In this document: piece after piece, positions 9,791 through 21,810 of the stretch
How positions within the stretch are numbered: the stretch's first letter is position 1
Layout of the letters: every line of letters starts with the position of its first letter
Assembly: GCA_024626585.2 (NCBI GenBank)
Contig: JANKJI020000002.1
Location: 28,605,670 to 28,630,403, forward strand
Direction: 5' to 3'
Length of the DNA: 24,734 nucleotides
Origin: Ginkgo biloba
Lineage: Eukaryota > Plantae > Ginkgophyta
Made by a program: the position numbers and the translations under genes
Notes under the pieces: generated by a model
Told to the model about the DNA's origin: nothing
Seen by the model: only the letters and a program-made list of their open reading frames with translations
Database searches by the model: none

Positions 9791-11288
9791 GACAAATGGG
9801 GGTCCTAGTCCACAATAGTTGCATGGACACATGGGGTTGTGGTCCACTTTTGGGTTCACCGCCATATTGGTAATGTCATAGCGATTTTAACTACGGGGTC
9901 ATATATTGGAGTTGAGTAGATTCCCAATATTGGAACATGGTTGATAATAGATTTAGGTCATCTGCAAATTGTTTTAGAATTCTTAACTTTTGGGCGTGTG
10001 ATAATGTTTTAGATAGATTAGTTTCCAGAGGTGTTGTGAAGATGATTTCTAGGATTGGAGATGGCTATCTAAACTTGTTTCTACTATATGTGTCTCTCTT
10101 GAACATATGTTTTTGTGAATTTTTGCTTACTCTCTATTTGTTCAATTTTTTATTGGTCTTTTTTGCTAAGCGTTTATTNNNNNNNNNNNNNNNNNNNNNN
10201 NNNNNNNNNNNNNNNNNNNNNNNNNNNNNNNNNNNNNNNNNNNNNNNNNNNNNNNNNNNNNNNNNNNNNNNNNNNNNNATCCAATTTTTAGTTTCATGTT
10301 TTGGCATACTCAATGGGACAACATGCATGGAGTTGTGGGCCAAAGTTGACCTCAACCATTTTATCTAATATTGAATGAATGCTCCTTTTGGCTAGGCCTA
10401 GCTACACCTAGGCTCCTAGTATAATCTCTTTTTCCTCATTCGTTTGCAGTGCTTTTTGGAAGAGAGAGTTAACGTCCCGCATCAATAGCAAATGGTGTCC
10501 AAAGCTTTTTTTTAAATCTCTCAGGAGTGTCAAACCCATTCTCATACCATTGTATATATCATCAACTTAATCACTTGAGACCATGTGCATCGAATTTGGG
10601 ATCGATGTGGCTTTTTTGTCCCCAAGTAGTTGGAATCTCTTGCACCGCATGCATACACCTACTTGGTAAATGTGTGTATGTGGCCCTTTTCTTGATCTCA
10701 AGTAGCCTCTAGTAGTCACATTTGGAGTGGCCAAAGATAAGGAGTGTGTTTTATTCTTGCTTCTTGATTGTCCTTTACTTCTTCATTCAAGTCAATCGTC
10801 TTTTGATTGCTTCCAACTTGCTTCCCTTCCTTCTAATGGTGAATTTGAGCCATCCCTAACAATGCAACTTGTGTGCTTGAATTCTTTCAACGATGTGCCA
10901 CCTTTAGTTGCCACAAAATTCTTGACTATGAGGACTCCTACCATCGGGATTTGTCTATTACACTTCAATCAACTATTTTCCTTAAATAATGGATTTATCC
11001 TTGCTTTGTTTGGAAACCTCGTTTAAACACCAAGTCAATGGAAATCTTTCTCTTATTAGTTGTGAGCATAATGAGCTCTACTCATATATTTATAACTAAT
11101 ACAGGGGAGATTTCTTTTGGCCCATAATCTTCCATTTCTAGATTCATGTATTTGGCTTTCAAATCATCCTTCAAGATCGAGGGATGGAAACTCTTTAGTG
11201 TTGGAATATTGCTTGCTTCATTCTTTATGTAGTGTATTCTTTTTGGGAGCCATAAGGATTTGCATCGAATTGAACCTTTGCAACTAAA

Positions 11289-11340
11289 TTATCATTGAAC
11301 TTAATTTGATTTGACTATGCTTATCATTGCACTTAATTTG
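11289..11340. repeat. 20-bp direct repeat x2
   Basis: TTATCATTG[A/C]ACTTAATTTG at 11289-11308 and 11321-11340, immediately before a shift to GC-richer sequence starting TGTTGACC. Confidence 0.8.
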
Positions 11341-12187
11341 TTGACCCCTTAAAAGGGTACCCCCGACGATTTTGTCCTGGATGTGTGTTTTGAAGTTGGA
11401 CTCTGAAACAAGACAGTCTTGGAAGGTGGCACTATATAAAGAACATGAAACAAATTATTTTATTACATAAAAGACCAATTACAACAACTTTCATTAGATG
11501 ATAAAGTATTATAGGCGAGATCTTGTTACATATGCCATTCTCACGGCTTGCAGGCGGAGTACAATTTTGGAGAAGAAGTTCTAATACCAGAATGCCTCCT
11601 CGAGACAGATATGCCGTTGGGAGGTAGGTACACGCATGGTTTTGAAATGCAAAAGACTGAAATCATCCCATAGTCTCCAAGTTTTTATTTCGGATGACTG
11701 TCTTCTGAGTTTAGAAGAAAGACCTACATCCCACATGTCCTGGCTACGCTTTGCCCCTCTGGAGGGTTTGGCTCATTTGAGGAAAAGCTTTCGTTGATGG
11801 TGATGCATCTTTATGCTCTTCCCTCGTCATCAACTTCCTTGTAGATCCTCCAATGTTTGCACTGACACCATAAGGAACCAGGATATTGGTTAGAGCTCGT
11901 AGGTCGGAGCGTCTGTCCACTCCATCGAAGGGATGAACCTACCAGAAGAAGTGGATCACACGAGGCGTCAGGACATAAGGGATGGAATGAAGTCCCATTG
12001 CTCACTCTCATCAGGGGGGAAGCAACTGTTTTGGTTAAGTTAGGTGGTGCTTGCAGATGACATCCTTGCATCAAACCCCATCTCGTTCATCATTCTTTCC
12101 AATTCCTCTCATTCCATTCTCCTCTTGCAACATAATCGCAATTAGAGGAATCACATGACCTACTTGCACAAGAAAGGAGTAGGTTAG

Positions 12188-12652
12188 TGTTGAAGATTAA
12201 AATTATAANNNNNNNNNNNNNNNNNNNNNNNNNNNNNNNNNNNNNNNNNNNNNNNNNNNNNNNNNNNNNNNNNNNNNNNNNATATTATGGATTACAACAG
12301 ATTTTGACCTCCGAGAACACCTGTACCCCAGCTAATGATGGGAGGGAGCACCTGCTACCCTTCTTATGGCTCCTCAGCCCGGTTGGGCTTTAAAGAATGT
12401 TTGTATTTGATGTTTTCTTCTGTTCTATCTTGCAGGGACGACGTCCATGCCCTTTAAAGGCGCCAAACGTCGCCCATAATGCTGTTTCGAGGAGTTCCAA
12501 GCTAGCAGGTGGCTGCGCGACTCTCTCGTTGACTGCGACGACGTGTTTCTTCATTGTGTCCTTTTTTCTAATTGTTTTAAATTTAATTTTATTCATTCTG
12601 TTTATAACCCTTTTATTTATATATTCTTCCTTTGATTTTTTTGGTCATTACA
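12188..12652 (-). mobile_element. Solo LTR (or collapsed LTR element) with a 5-bp target-site duplication
   Basis: GTTAG (12183-12187) | TGTTGAAG...GGTCATTACA | GTTAG (12653-12657). Canonical TG...CA termini. The minus strand begins TGTAATGACC and the interior is CpG-rich. Contains a 73-N gap (12209-12281). Orientation is inferred. Confidence 0.8.
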
Positions 12653-13796
12653 GTTAGACCTAATGCTTGACTTTGAATGCTCACATCCAATTTTTCCACA
12701 CCTCCCATCCCATCGTTTGCATATTCTCATAGTCATACACTCAAGATTTGATGTTCTACCCTTCAAGCCTATAAAGACCTTTCCCCAACACAATTCTCCG
12801 ACTTTGGGTGTCATCTCTATGCATATCCCTTAGTCAACCTGATGGATTTATAGAAATGACAAAGTTCACGAATCTTCTGGTGCATTCGAAGTCCCTTTTG
12901 GATCACTCTTCAAAAAGGAGAAACCCACAGCATACGGTATGGCTCATAAGTACTGGGATGTGGAGTAACATAATCCAGGTAGATTGTCTTTACGAACCAA
13001 AGATCTTCGTATGGATTTAAGTGCCTCCTGGGTGAGTATGGCGATCCTTGGTTCGACTAGGGGGCAGTGTCCAGACTTGGAAGTGGTCTCTCCTTGGAAG
13101 CTTCTTCACCTTGACTCGACGAAGAAAGGATATTCGAAGTAAGGGAGCCACACTTGCCTAGGAGTAGTACTCTCCCTGACTCGACCAGGGAGCGACACGG
13201 CAGCCATGTCCCCTTCGATCCCCATTCAACCAAGAAGTAGTGAGTTGCATCAAGGCAAGGTAGTTGTGCATTCCTCCTTGGGAGCCCTCTCACTCCTTGA
13301 CTTAGTTAGGGAGCCAAACATGAGCCAGGACAAGGAATCTGCCACCCGGTAAAGTAATAAAGTGACGGCGATAATTAATGGCCAAAGAAATAATGATGCA
13401 TAAGGTATCTTATCGAATGCCTAGCTAGCAACTAAAGGCAGAATCTAGAATAGCCACATGGCAGTGACTCAACAACACCAACCCCAGAGAGTCATTAATT
13501 CTCACAATCATCCCCTCTTTTAATGCTCACGCGTGTGTTACTCACCCTTAACGTTACTCTAAAAAGCCCGCCTTATTACTTACAAATATGATTGCTAAGC
13601 AAGCTCTACATATACTAAAAAAAGCGTTCTTCTTTCTCTATGTCTGTATTCTCGTTTCACCAAGTCAATTCAACTCATCCAAAATTCTTGTCTTCTCTTT
13701 GTAGGGATTTGTAATCAACCTAGTCTACTCTTTGTCAGTGGTTTCTATGATGGCATGCAATATAAAAGAATAGAGTTGTCCTAATCATTGTTCTAG

Positions 13797-14451
13797 GCAA
13801 GGAATGTCCGAAGCAATATGGTTGCTAGATCCTTTTGGGTAACTAAAGTTGTCGAAGATCATTTGGATCATTACGCCCAAGAATGGCATCTATTCACCGG
13901 AGTGAATGAAAACGGACAACATAATCCAACATATTTAGCACTGCAACAGGCCAAGATAGTTGATTATGCTGTAGCATTAGTCTTGTACTTCCCATAACCT
14001 GTGGTTGTGGAAATGCTTTGTCGTTTTGAATAGGGGACCTTCTAGTTCTATGATCAAGTCGTCTCAATCATTGGAGAATTGATGGCGAAGATGATAGGAT
14101 TGCCTATGGAGGGTGCTATTGTTGATCTTAGAGAGGAAGCCAAGGGAGCCGACAAGGATTGGGTCATGCAAAAGCTATATCTTGGTTGCAACAGGGCAGA
14201 GATGTCTAGAGTAAGTCTAATGACTTCCATATTAACCATATCATTACCGAAGGAGCGAAATAGGCAACTCGCATCAGAGCGAGGCAATTGGCCTGCTTGG
14301 AAGCCAATACCTATATGAGTTTGCAATGTGCTATTTTCATTGCAAAGGTAGCTACGGGACACCTTTATTCTTGGGTTCCCTAGTTGGCTGATAGACTTAA
14401 AGAACATTGCACTGCTTCGCAGAAGTTTGGGCATCTGTTCCCTATGCCCTC
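13797..14451 (+). pseudogene. Degenerate retrotransposon extra-ORF (plant transposon protein / Transposase_32- or PMD-like)
   Basis: One frame runs from 13797 through three stops: ...TYLALQQAKIVDYAVALVLYFP*PVVVEMLCRFE*GTF*FYDQVVSIIGELMAKMIGLPMEG... After a frameshift it continues ...IAKVATGHLYSWVP*LADRLKEHC...FPMP. The IxxELIAxxxGLPxxG and (Y/F)xWxxxLAxxL motifs are typical of accessory ORFs in plant LTR elements. A strong splice acceptor (TTCTTGTCTTCTCTTTGTAG) ends at 13704. Truncated by a 100-N gap. Confidence 0.55.
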
Positions 14452-15600
14452 NNNNNNNNNNNNNNNNNNNNNNNNNNNNNNNNNNNNNNNNNNNNNNNNN
14501 NNNNNNNNNNNNNNNNNNNNNNNNNNNNNNNNNNNNNNNNNNNNNNNNNNNTGTCTCTCATTTCTTGTATCGTAGAGTGTGACCTCTTGTTGTAAAGTAA
14601 TTGTATGATATTATGCTTGATTGATCGCTAACTAGATCAACTTAGGTCATTTCATTTTTTTAAAAGGCCTCCCATATGTAGGGGTAATTCATGTTGCATG
14701 GGTCTCTCTTTCCAAAACTTGTATATTTGAATTCTTAAGATGTTCCTTGACCTCAATTTGATTCTCATGCATTGGTATAATATTTTGTCGCATTTTTTAT
14801 TGCCTTAAAATTGGTCTTATGAATTGACTTGTTACTTTTTAACCGAAGGTATTTGTTGGTAATAATCATACTTGCCCTTGACTTCATCATACTTCATTTT
14901 TGTCCTAAAACTAAGGGAAGTTTCCCTCTTCCCCCTATTTTTTTACATGGGCCTTCCTAACCCAATTTATGGTGTATTTAAGAGTACTATCTTCCTCGTG
15001 TTCTTCATTTCTCTCCTTTGATTTTTGCTATCCATTGGTTTAGGCACATTGATAAGAGAATATTTTGTTAATTCTTATCACATTGTTGGGGCAAGTTTTG
15101 GCTAGGTCCTTGAAGTGTTTTCATTTTTCAAACCAATTGGAACATGGTTATTAAGTTTGAATAGGGGCAATACCTTGTGTCCACTAAAGCATACTCTTCA
15201 AGTTTAAGGTATTGGCTTATTAATACTCGTACTATTCAATGTCAGAACATTTGGAGAAAGCTAAAGATGTATCTTCTATGGGTTGTAGTAAAGGTGGTTC
15301 CATCAACACTTTACAATTCCAAATATTAGGTAGATTTACAAGGTTCCCATTCATATTACTTGCTAAACCTAACAAACTCATAGGTTTAATATATTGGTTA
15401 ATAGGGAGCATAACTACTCAATTTAATGCCCCACCCATATTACTCAGTCTTATTATTTTAAGGGTTATGGTATTGTAAGTATAAATAGGATTCATGTCGA
15501 AGTAGAAGATCTCTAGTGCATCGATAATGATTAAAGGTTGGTTATGGCTGTTGTCATCAATTGTGGCTACATAGAGGTAGATATTGAAGTGTATACTAGA

Positions 15601-15640
15601 TAGGAATAAGATAAAACACTAGGAATAAGATGAAACACTA
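15601..15640. repeat. 19-bp tandem duplication
   Basis: TAGGAATAAGAT[A/G]AAACAC x2 (15601-15619 and 15620-15638). Confidence 0.9.
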
Positions 15641-16314
15641 ATATTGGGTGGTTCATAATGAGATGTTTCATAATACAACGAAAGACTTTACAAATAGTTT
15701 TTGGGCAAAATATAACATATTAAAAGATAGGATTATGAAGAGTTGCAACTATTGGTGGTAGCTTTTCATTAATAACCTTCTTGTTTAATGTTAATCAATG
15801 AAATTAATCCTAACTGATGCTGTATATAATAATTCGGTTACAAGATGCAGTTATACTTTTTAACATTCTGTCAGATGCAATATTCTAAAAGTGCAATATC
15901 CTACAATATCCAACCTGCAACCACATACCATCAATTTTCCAAGATCAGTCAGTAGCCAATTGAGAAAAATTACATACAAAACCATGTAGACCCAACAAGA
16001 TACATGGTCACTGGTCTTAATTCGACAAACAATGGTAATGAAGATGATTAGACTAAGCAAGATAAATATTTTCCTTGTGAAGTAAAACCATCAAGTATGA
16101 ATCAAGCTAACCTGTGTTTGTGACAGGCACATATAAGTTATGTTAGTAGGTTTGTCTATAGTTGGTTGGCTTCATAATCTTATAGCACTCTGGATGTAGA
16201 AAGGAAATTGAGCTGTAAAAGGATTATAAAGCTCACTGTTAAGGGTTGCACCTCTCATTTGTAACAGTCCAGTACAGGAACCACAATGGTGGTTTCAGTT
16301 ACTCTCTTTGATCG

Positions 16315-16417
16315 ATTCACTAGCAAAGGAGCCTTGTTGCCTGAAACAATTAAGGTTAAGTGAATTTGTCAATTCACAAGCAAAGAAGCCTTGTTGCTCA
16401 AACAATTATGAATTTGT
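16315..16417. repeat. Imperfect tandem duplication, 57-bp period
   Basis: ATTCACTAGCAAAGGAGCCTTGTTGCCTGAAACAATTA...TGAATTTGT (16315-16369) versus ATTCACAAGCAAAGAAGCCTTGTTGCTCAAACAATTATGAATTTGT (16372-16417). Confidence 0.85.
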
Positions 16418-18480
16418 AGACTGTTCTTGTTTTTTATGCCCAGACCAAGACATCGATGGTAACAGTGGTGTAAGATCTGTGGATAAAGCATGTAGCAGAA
16501 ACAAATCAGAACCTCAGATTTAATTCGAGGAAAAATTTTCTCAATTGGTAGCAAGAGAGATATTGTACCTGTGCATAGTTATGAACCCATACTTCACATT
16601 AGATCTTGATGCAAGGATGAAAAGAAATAAACAGCAATGTAGAATGGGAGAAGCACAAACCTACGATGATGATGAGTAAATACATACCCATTGGCATGCC
16701 TAAAGTAAGATACCATGCAAATTTGGTGTATTGAAGTGGCAAAGAAACAGTTGACAAGTAATCAAACAATAGACAAGGCAACCTTTGAATGAAGAGGAGA
16801 AGNNNNNNNNNNNNNNNNNNNNNNNNNNNNNNNNNNNNNNNNNNNNNNNNNNNNNNNNNNNNNNNNNNNNNNNNNNNNNNNNNNNNNNNNNNNNNNNNNN
16901 NNNNNNNNNNNNNNNNNNNNNNNNNNNNNNNNNNNNNNNNNNNNNNNNNNNNNNNNNNNNNNNNNNNNNNNNNNNNNNNNNNNNNNNNNNNNNNNNNNNN
17001 NNNNNNNNNNNNNNNNNATATAGTATTTTGGCCACTCTAACTTTTTGCCTACATAATTGTTGGCGTGACTTGCTTAGACCGCCCTCAATCATTCAACAAC
17101 AAAGTGTAAAAGCTTGGTAGTTGTATGTGACGACTAGAATAATTTGCACTTGATTTATGACTGATGATGTCTTTGTGAGTTGTTATTCCATCCTAAGCAA
17201 ACGATTGTGGGGATTAAACTCATATTCTTGGGTGATATGCTCTTGACAATGCAATGTCCTTGGAGAGTATGTAGATATATTTGTTAGTATAGCCAGGTGA
17301 AAAAATGCCCAATAATTTGTCACCATGGAAGTTTGTGATTTGATTGATGGTAATTTCCTCATTGATGTGAATAATGCATGGACTTCTAATAATGGATGTT
17401 TTACTAATTGTGGCAACATAATCTTCCATATTATTTGCATACTCCTTATAATGACATTATTTGGGGTTGAACGATGCCATTTGTGCCTAGCGATCCTTGG
17501 TGTCGATAATGGAGAAGAACTTAGTTAAGTAACCATGAACTTGTCAATGTGTTCGTCATCTTCCACTTAACCTTTGATCCATATTTTTCTTTCCTTTGTA
17601 TTCTTCCTCCGTTGTGCTTCCTATCTTGCTACTAGTGCTTGTATTTAATGTGTTAGTATCGTGCAATACTCCTCCACATGTTTTTCTTCATGCAATTCTT
17701 GCCATCCCACTTCTTGTATGGGTTTTGAATCTTGCATTACGTCGTCTCCTTTTGATTCCTTTTTATTTCATTTTTCTTCCTCTATTACTATGCAAAGACT
17801 CAGAGATGTGTCGATCTTGTGTTTCAAGTATTTGTCAAAATTTACATTTTCATCAGATTACACTGATTTAACATATAATTTTCCCACATACATTTCATTA
17901 CTATTTGCATACTAAGTTCTCTATAATTATTAGTATTAAAAAGGATTCAATGTCACATACATGCATTTATGGTCAAACAATCCATCCATGTGATGGCAGG
18001 ATTATTTTGTTATTTTCCAGGCATCCATGTTTGTTAGCCTTGGCTAATGTTGGACAAGTAGTTGCATGCATCTTCTAACTCTATCATTGTCCTTATGTGT
18101 GGTATCCTCCTGCATTACTTTTCTCATATCCCAATCGATGAGACATATTCTCAGGTTGGCTAGAAGCAACAAAAGAATTTGGCTGAATTTCAAATATTCT
18201 TTATACCTTGCTCTTTTGAGGTCTTTTAGGGAATAATTGAATTCACAAGGAGCACCTAATACAACTTTTGGGCTTGGGAAGGATTATAGTGCTTAGCCTA
18301 AAGGATGGTAGCTCGAATCAAAGGGGGGCTAGGTTGTTTATTTGTATGAAATGAAATACTTATTCATATATTTACAATTTCTTTGATGCATAGAGAAACA
18401 TGTGATGGCCAAAACTAGATGGATGGTGATCTCCAACTTTTTTATGAAAGTCTTACTACCCTTCATTGATAGTAGATACA

Positions 18481-19057
18481 TGTTGGTTTTGTTAACTAAT
18501 TTCTTTCCCATATAGGTAGAAGAGGGCTCCCTCATTATCAATGATTTAGTCCTATGATCTCTATTCACAATGCACACATCTTCCTCTATCTCTCAACCAA
18601 TTTTTTGCAAGTGCAAATTCTTAGAAGACTCATAGAGGGAAAGGCTCCCATTGGCGCATCTTTTACCTGTGATTTGTGATCGTGGCTCAACTCTTACACA
18701 ATATACAATAATTATTCAATTTATCCTTATTACAAATTGGTTATTAGTTACAATCCTTGTCCATCTCCCTATAAATGACTTCTAACTAGTTCCTGACTTA
18801 ATCATAATTTGGCATTACAATAATTATAGCTTGTCATTACGTTGCAAGTGATGCTTGTTTTTACAAACTATATTAACGATAGGAAGATGACATGAAAAGT
18901 CAATATGTTTGCATACATCTATCCCACTATTATTCCTTCGAGTGCTCCATCTTTGAGTGTCACTCGTTCACTGGAATAACCCACAAAATGGTACTGTGAC
19001 TTCGAGGTTGACAATACAGTTGCAACAAAATTCAGCTACTGTAGTCCACTTCCTACA
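18481..19057 (-). mobile_element. Candidate older solo LTR
   Basis: Termini TGTTGG...CCTACA form an imperfect inverted repeat (TGTTGG/TGTAGG) around a non-coding 577-bp segment. The flanks ATACA and ATTAA match at only 3 of 5 positions, so the TSD is unproven. Confidence 0.3.
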
Positions 19058-19430
19058 ATTAAGCTATCACAATCTAACACCCATCCTTTCATACTTCCAA
19101 TATTAAAATTGGTTGCAATCTAGTTTAGACTACTCTGATTTGCTTAGAATTTACATCTCTTCTTGGCCTAAACAATTAATCCAAAAATTGCAGTGTTTAT
19201 TGCTCATCCTCTATTATTCATCTATCTTCTATTGGTCCAATCCATTTGTATAGCCTGAATTGTTGAAACCAAGTTTTTTTTTTTTAAATGAACATCAAGT
19301 ATTCTTCCCCTCATGAAAAACTACACCAAAAATACACTACCAAGGCTGATATGAGTGAGGCTTACCTTAGGTAGGTGGAGTCACATTAGTAGGTAAAGAC
19401 ACATTATATTGGTCCTATTGCCTAAATCCT

Positions 19431-19448
19431 TTGTTGTTGTTGTTGTTG
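19431..19448. repeat. (TTG)6 microsatellite
   Basis: Direct inspection. Confidence 0.9.
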
Positions 19449-20607
19449 TACCTTCAATTGCCACATTCATTTGGTATTCAAATTTATCCTCAACGAGCTC
19501 ATTGCAAGATTGTAACTATAATTGTTAAATGCCTCCCCTTGATTTGCAACTTCACATCAGTGGTCTAATACATAGCAATCATTCCTTTTGATTGTTTCTC
19601 TATCTTGGCTTTCCGAGCCAACTCCTTGTCCGATTGACATTTCTTCACATAAAGCCAATTATCACAAGTTGTTTGAACAACCCAAGTACCCAATAGGACC
19701 AAAACATCTTCCAAACCAACTTGAATTTTATAATGAAATTAGCAGACAAATTTTTGTTGTCCATCTTGTATAGATGCCACATCACTTGACTGTTCCTTAA
19801 TAAATTTGGATAAAAATTGTAGTCTTTTTTTTGGAGTTTCTGCTCATTCCTCTGTTTCATTCACAATCCTAATCATTTGTTGTACTGGTGGATGGCATTT
19901 GGATTCCATCTTTGAAATAAAACTCTAAGTAATCTTATTCAAAAAGGTCATCCTCCATTGAGAGATATTTAACAAATTAATTTCCAAAGGATCTAGTCCT
20001 TGTAGAATACTCTTTGATGGATCGATAACATTTTATTCTTCAATTGTTGTTGCAAATTCTGATGCCCAAGAGGTCTTACAACTGAGGTTAGGAGCAGAAG
20101 ATGATGCTATAGACAACTAGCTTTTACTCCAACTCCAACAAACTGTTACTACCTCATCACTCTCTTCCTTCTAAAAAGAAGTTGGCATTCGAGTACTATA
20201 TGAGTGATTATTGGGATTGGTCCAAGNNNNNNNNNNNNNNNNNNNNNNNNNNNNNNNNNNNNNNNNNNNNNNNNNNNNNNNNNNNNNNNNNNNNNNNNNN
20301 NNNNNNNNNNNNNNNNNNNNNNNNNNATCACCACCTAGAGTCGGGCTCACGAGTAGGGTTGCCCCAAACCCTAGAAAACCATTTGTGGTTAAATGTATCA
20401 CAATGTTAATCTCTGATAGGTGGCATTTTAGGTTGGGTTAACCAATTAGTCTTCTCTTTGCTAACTTGCTCTCTCCCAATGACCCGAGCATTAGGTTGAG
20501 CCAACATTTGTAATATAACAATACTAACATCATCATTAAGCTTCCTTTTAGAGACATGCTTTAATGCTAAGTGATAAGTGTTCCTTAAGGGATCTTGTAA
20601 GGACTCA

Positions 20608-20788
20608 TTGGGCCCACTTCTCATGCTTGACTCGGGAAATATCTTCCTGAGCCACTTTCCATGGTTGACTTGTTACATATCTGCTTGGGCCCACTTCTCA
20701 TGGTTGACTTGGTAAATGTCTTCTTGGCCTACATATCTACTTGGACCCACTTCCATGGTTGACTTGGTAAATGTCTTCTTGTTACATG
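20608..20788. repeat. Complex degenerate tandem repeat (4 core copies), probably an LTR U3 subrepeat
   Basis: Core CCACTT(CT/TC/C)CATG(G/C)TTGACT at about 20614, 20652, 20691 and 20747. It is interleaved with recurring modules GGTAAATGTCTTCTTG and TACATATCT(G/A)CTTGG. Confidence 0.85.
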
Positions 20789-21301
20789 TGACAACTTCGA
20801 GTTACACAAGTTGCCAATGAAAAATTATAATTGAAGAGTCACATAAAACATAAGGCTAATGAGTAGTCCATACCACATCTCCATCCTATATNNNNNNNNN
20901 NNNNNNNNNNNNNNNNNNNNNNNNNNNNNNNNNNNNNNNNNNNNNNTGTAGGAGCGAGTAAGATGTTTAAGTATATAACATGGTGGTGATTTTTGCTTTC
21001 TATTTGGGAGAAAGATTAAAGTGATTATCTCTATTAACTTATTATAAGCTTGTAGATCACTGTTGTCTTGTTCTATGCATTCCCGATATTGTTCATTTGG
21101 GTTTGTAATTGACCTCTAATCTTGTGCATTTTAGACTTCTTACCATTGCAGATGGTTTTGAATAATATTTTCATTTCTTTTGTAAGCTAGGTCTAGTTCT
21201 AGGATTTCCTCATCTCTATATCTAGGAGCTGAAGAACTTCCTTCCATTTACATTCTACACCAATTAAGTACTATGGTCTTGTAAGTTAGATATGTCCAGA
21301 C

Positions 21302-21403
21302 TCCAATTTGAATGAGACTTCTTGAGATGCAAGAAAGGGAGCATTCTATTTATAGGATAATGTATCCAATTTAAATGAGACTTCCTGAGATGCAACAAAG
21401 GGA
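21302..21403. repeat. 39-bp direct repeat x2
   Basis: TCCAATTT[G/A]AATGAGACTTC[T/C]TGAGATGCAA[G/C]AAAGGGA at 21302-21340 and 21365-21403, three mismatches. Confidence 0.9.
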
Positions 21404-21590
21404 ATGCGATCAAAGACCTTGCACTGGGAAATGCTTGGTAGGTGGACATGTATTTGAGTTCTTAGCTACAAGTAAGCATAAACACTATCANNNNNNNNNN
21501 NNNNNNNNNNNNNNNNNNNNNNNNNNNNNNNNNNNNNNNNNNNNNNNNNNNNNNNNNNNNNNNNNNNNNNNNNNNNNNNNNNNNNNNNNN

Positions 21591-21810
21591 ACCAATCATA
21601 ATAAATTCTTGAATAATTAGCCAAGAAGAGGTCAGCTATAATAGGGTCAAGAAGACCTTTTTTGACTAGCCATGATAATATGTTGTCCAATGTCTGCTCT
21701 TGAGCATCGTATCAAAGTATCACAGTTCATGTGGATGCAGTTTATTTCTTTCTTTATTGAAGAACCTAACAGGACGTGGCTTCATGGTTGGTGCAATTAG
21801 AGGTACACTC
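21591..21810 (-). pseudogene. Possible Tat/Ogre-type Gag C-terminal fragment
   Basis: ...YDAQEQTLDNILSWLVKKGLLDPII... resembles the helix ((F/Y)TPLxxxLxxIxxxLxxxGLI) that precedes the CxYH/GH knuckle in Tat/Ogre Gag. The knuckle itself would fall in the gap at 21491-21590. Confidence 0.3.

Larger units (their letters stand above)
7851..10178 (-). mobile_element. Decayed, internally deleted (non-autonomous) Ty3/Gypsy retrotransposon internal region
   Basis: Manual minus-strand translation gives, in order: retropepsin (about 9790-9480), Gag-like units (about 8896-8520), a pre-RT linker motif (about 8345-8215) and an integrase C-terminal domain (about 8195-7851). Many TGG-to-TAG/TGA stops and frameshifts. 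Spans two N-gaps (8598-8654 and 8910-9158). LTRs not identified. Confidence 0.8.

Noticed and set aside
9800-9835. CPCNYCG as a Gag zinc knuckle
   Set aside because: It lacks CX2CX4HX4C spacing and arises from an off-frame reading of a local duplication of CCATGCAACTATTG just upstream of the protease.
9937-10368. Longest + strand ORF (143 aa), and similar hydrophobic ORFs at 12397, 17596 and 17661
   Set aside because: These are readings of T-rich strands antisense to A-rich TE sequence (the 143-aa ORF also spans a gap), with no recognisable domain.
12617-12814. ORF loosely resembling an integrase C-terminus (KVGEL...RWDGR)
   Set aside because: Motif spacing is wrong, there is no W-x-GP(Y/F), and the ORF crosses the solo-LTR boundary at 12652.
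20608-20788. CRISPR-like repeat/spacer appearance
   Set aside because: The intervening segments are repeats of one another and vary in length, the repeats are degenerate, there are no cas genes, and the context is eukaryotic.
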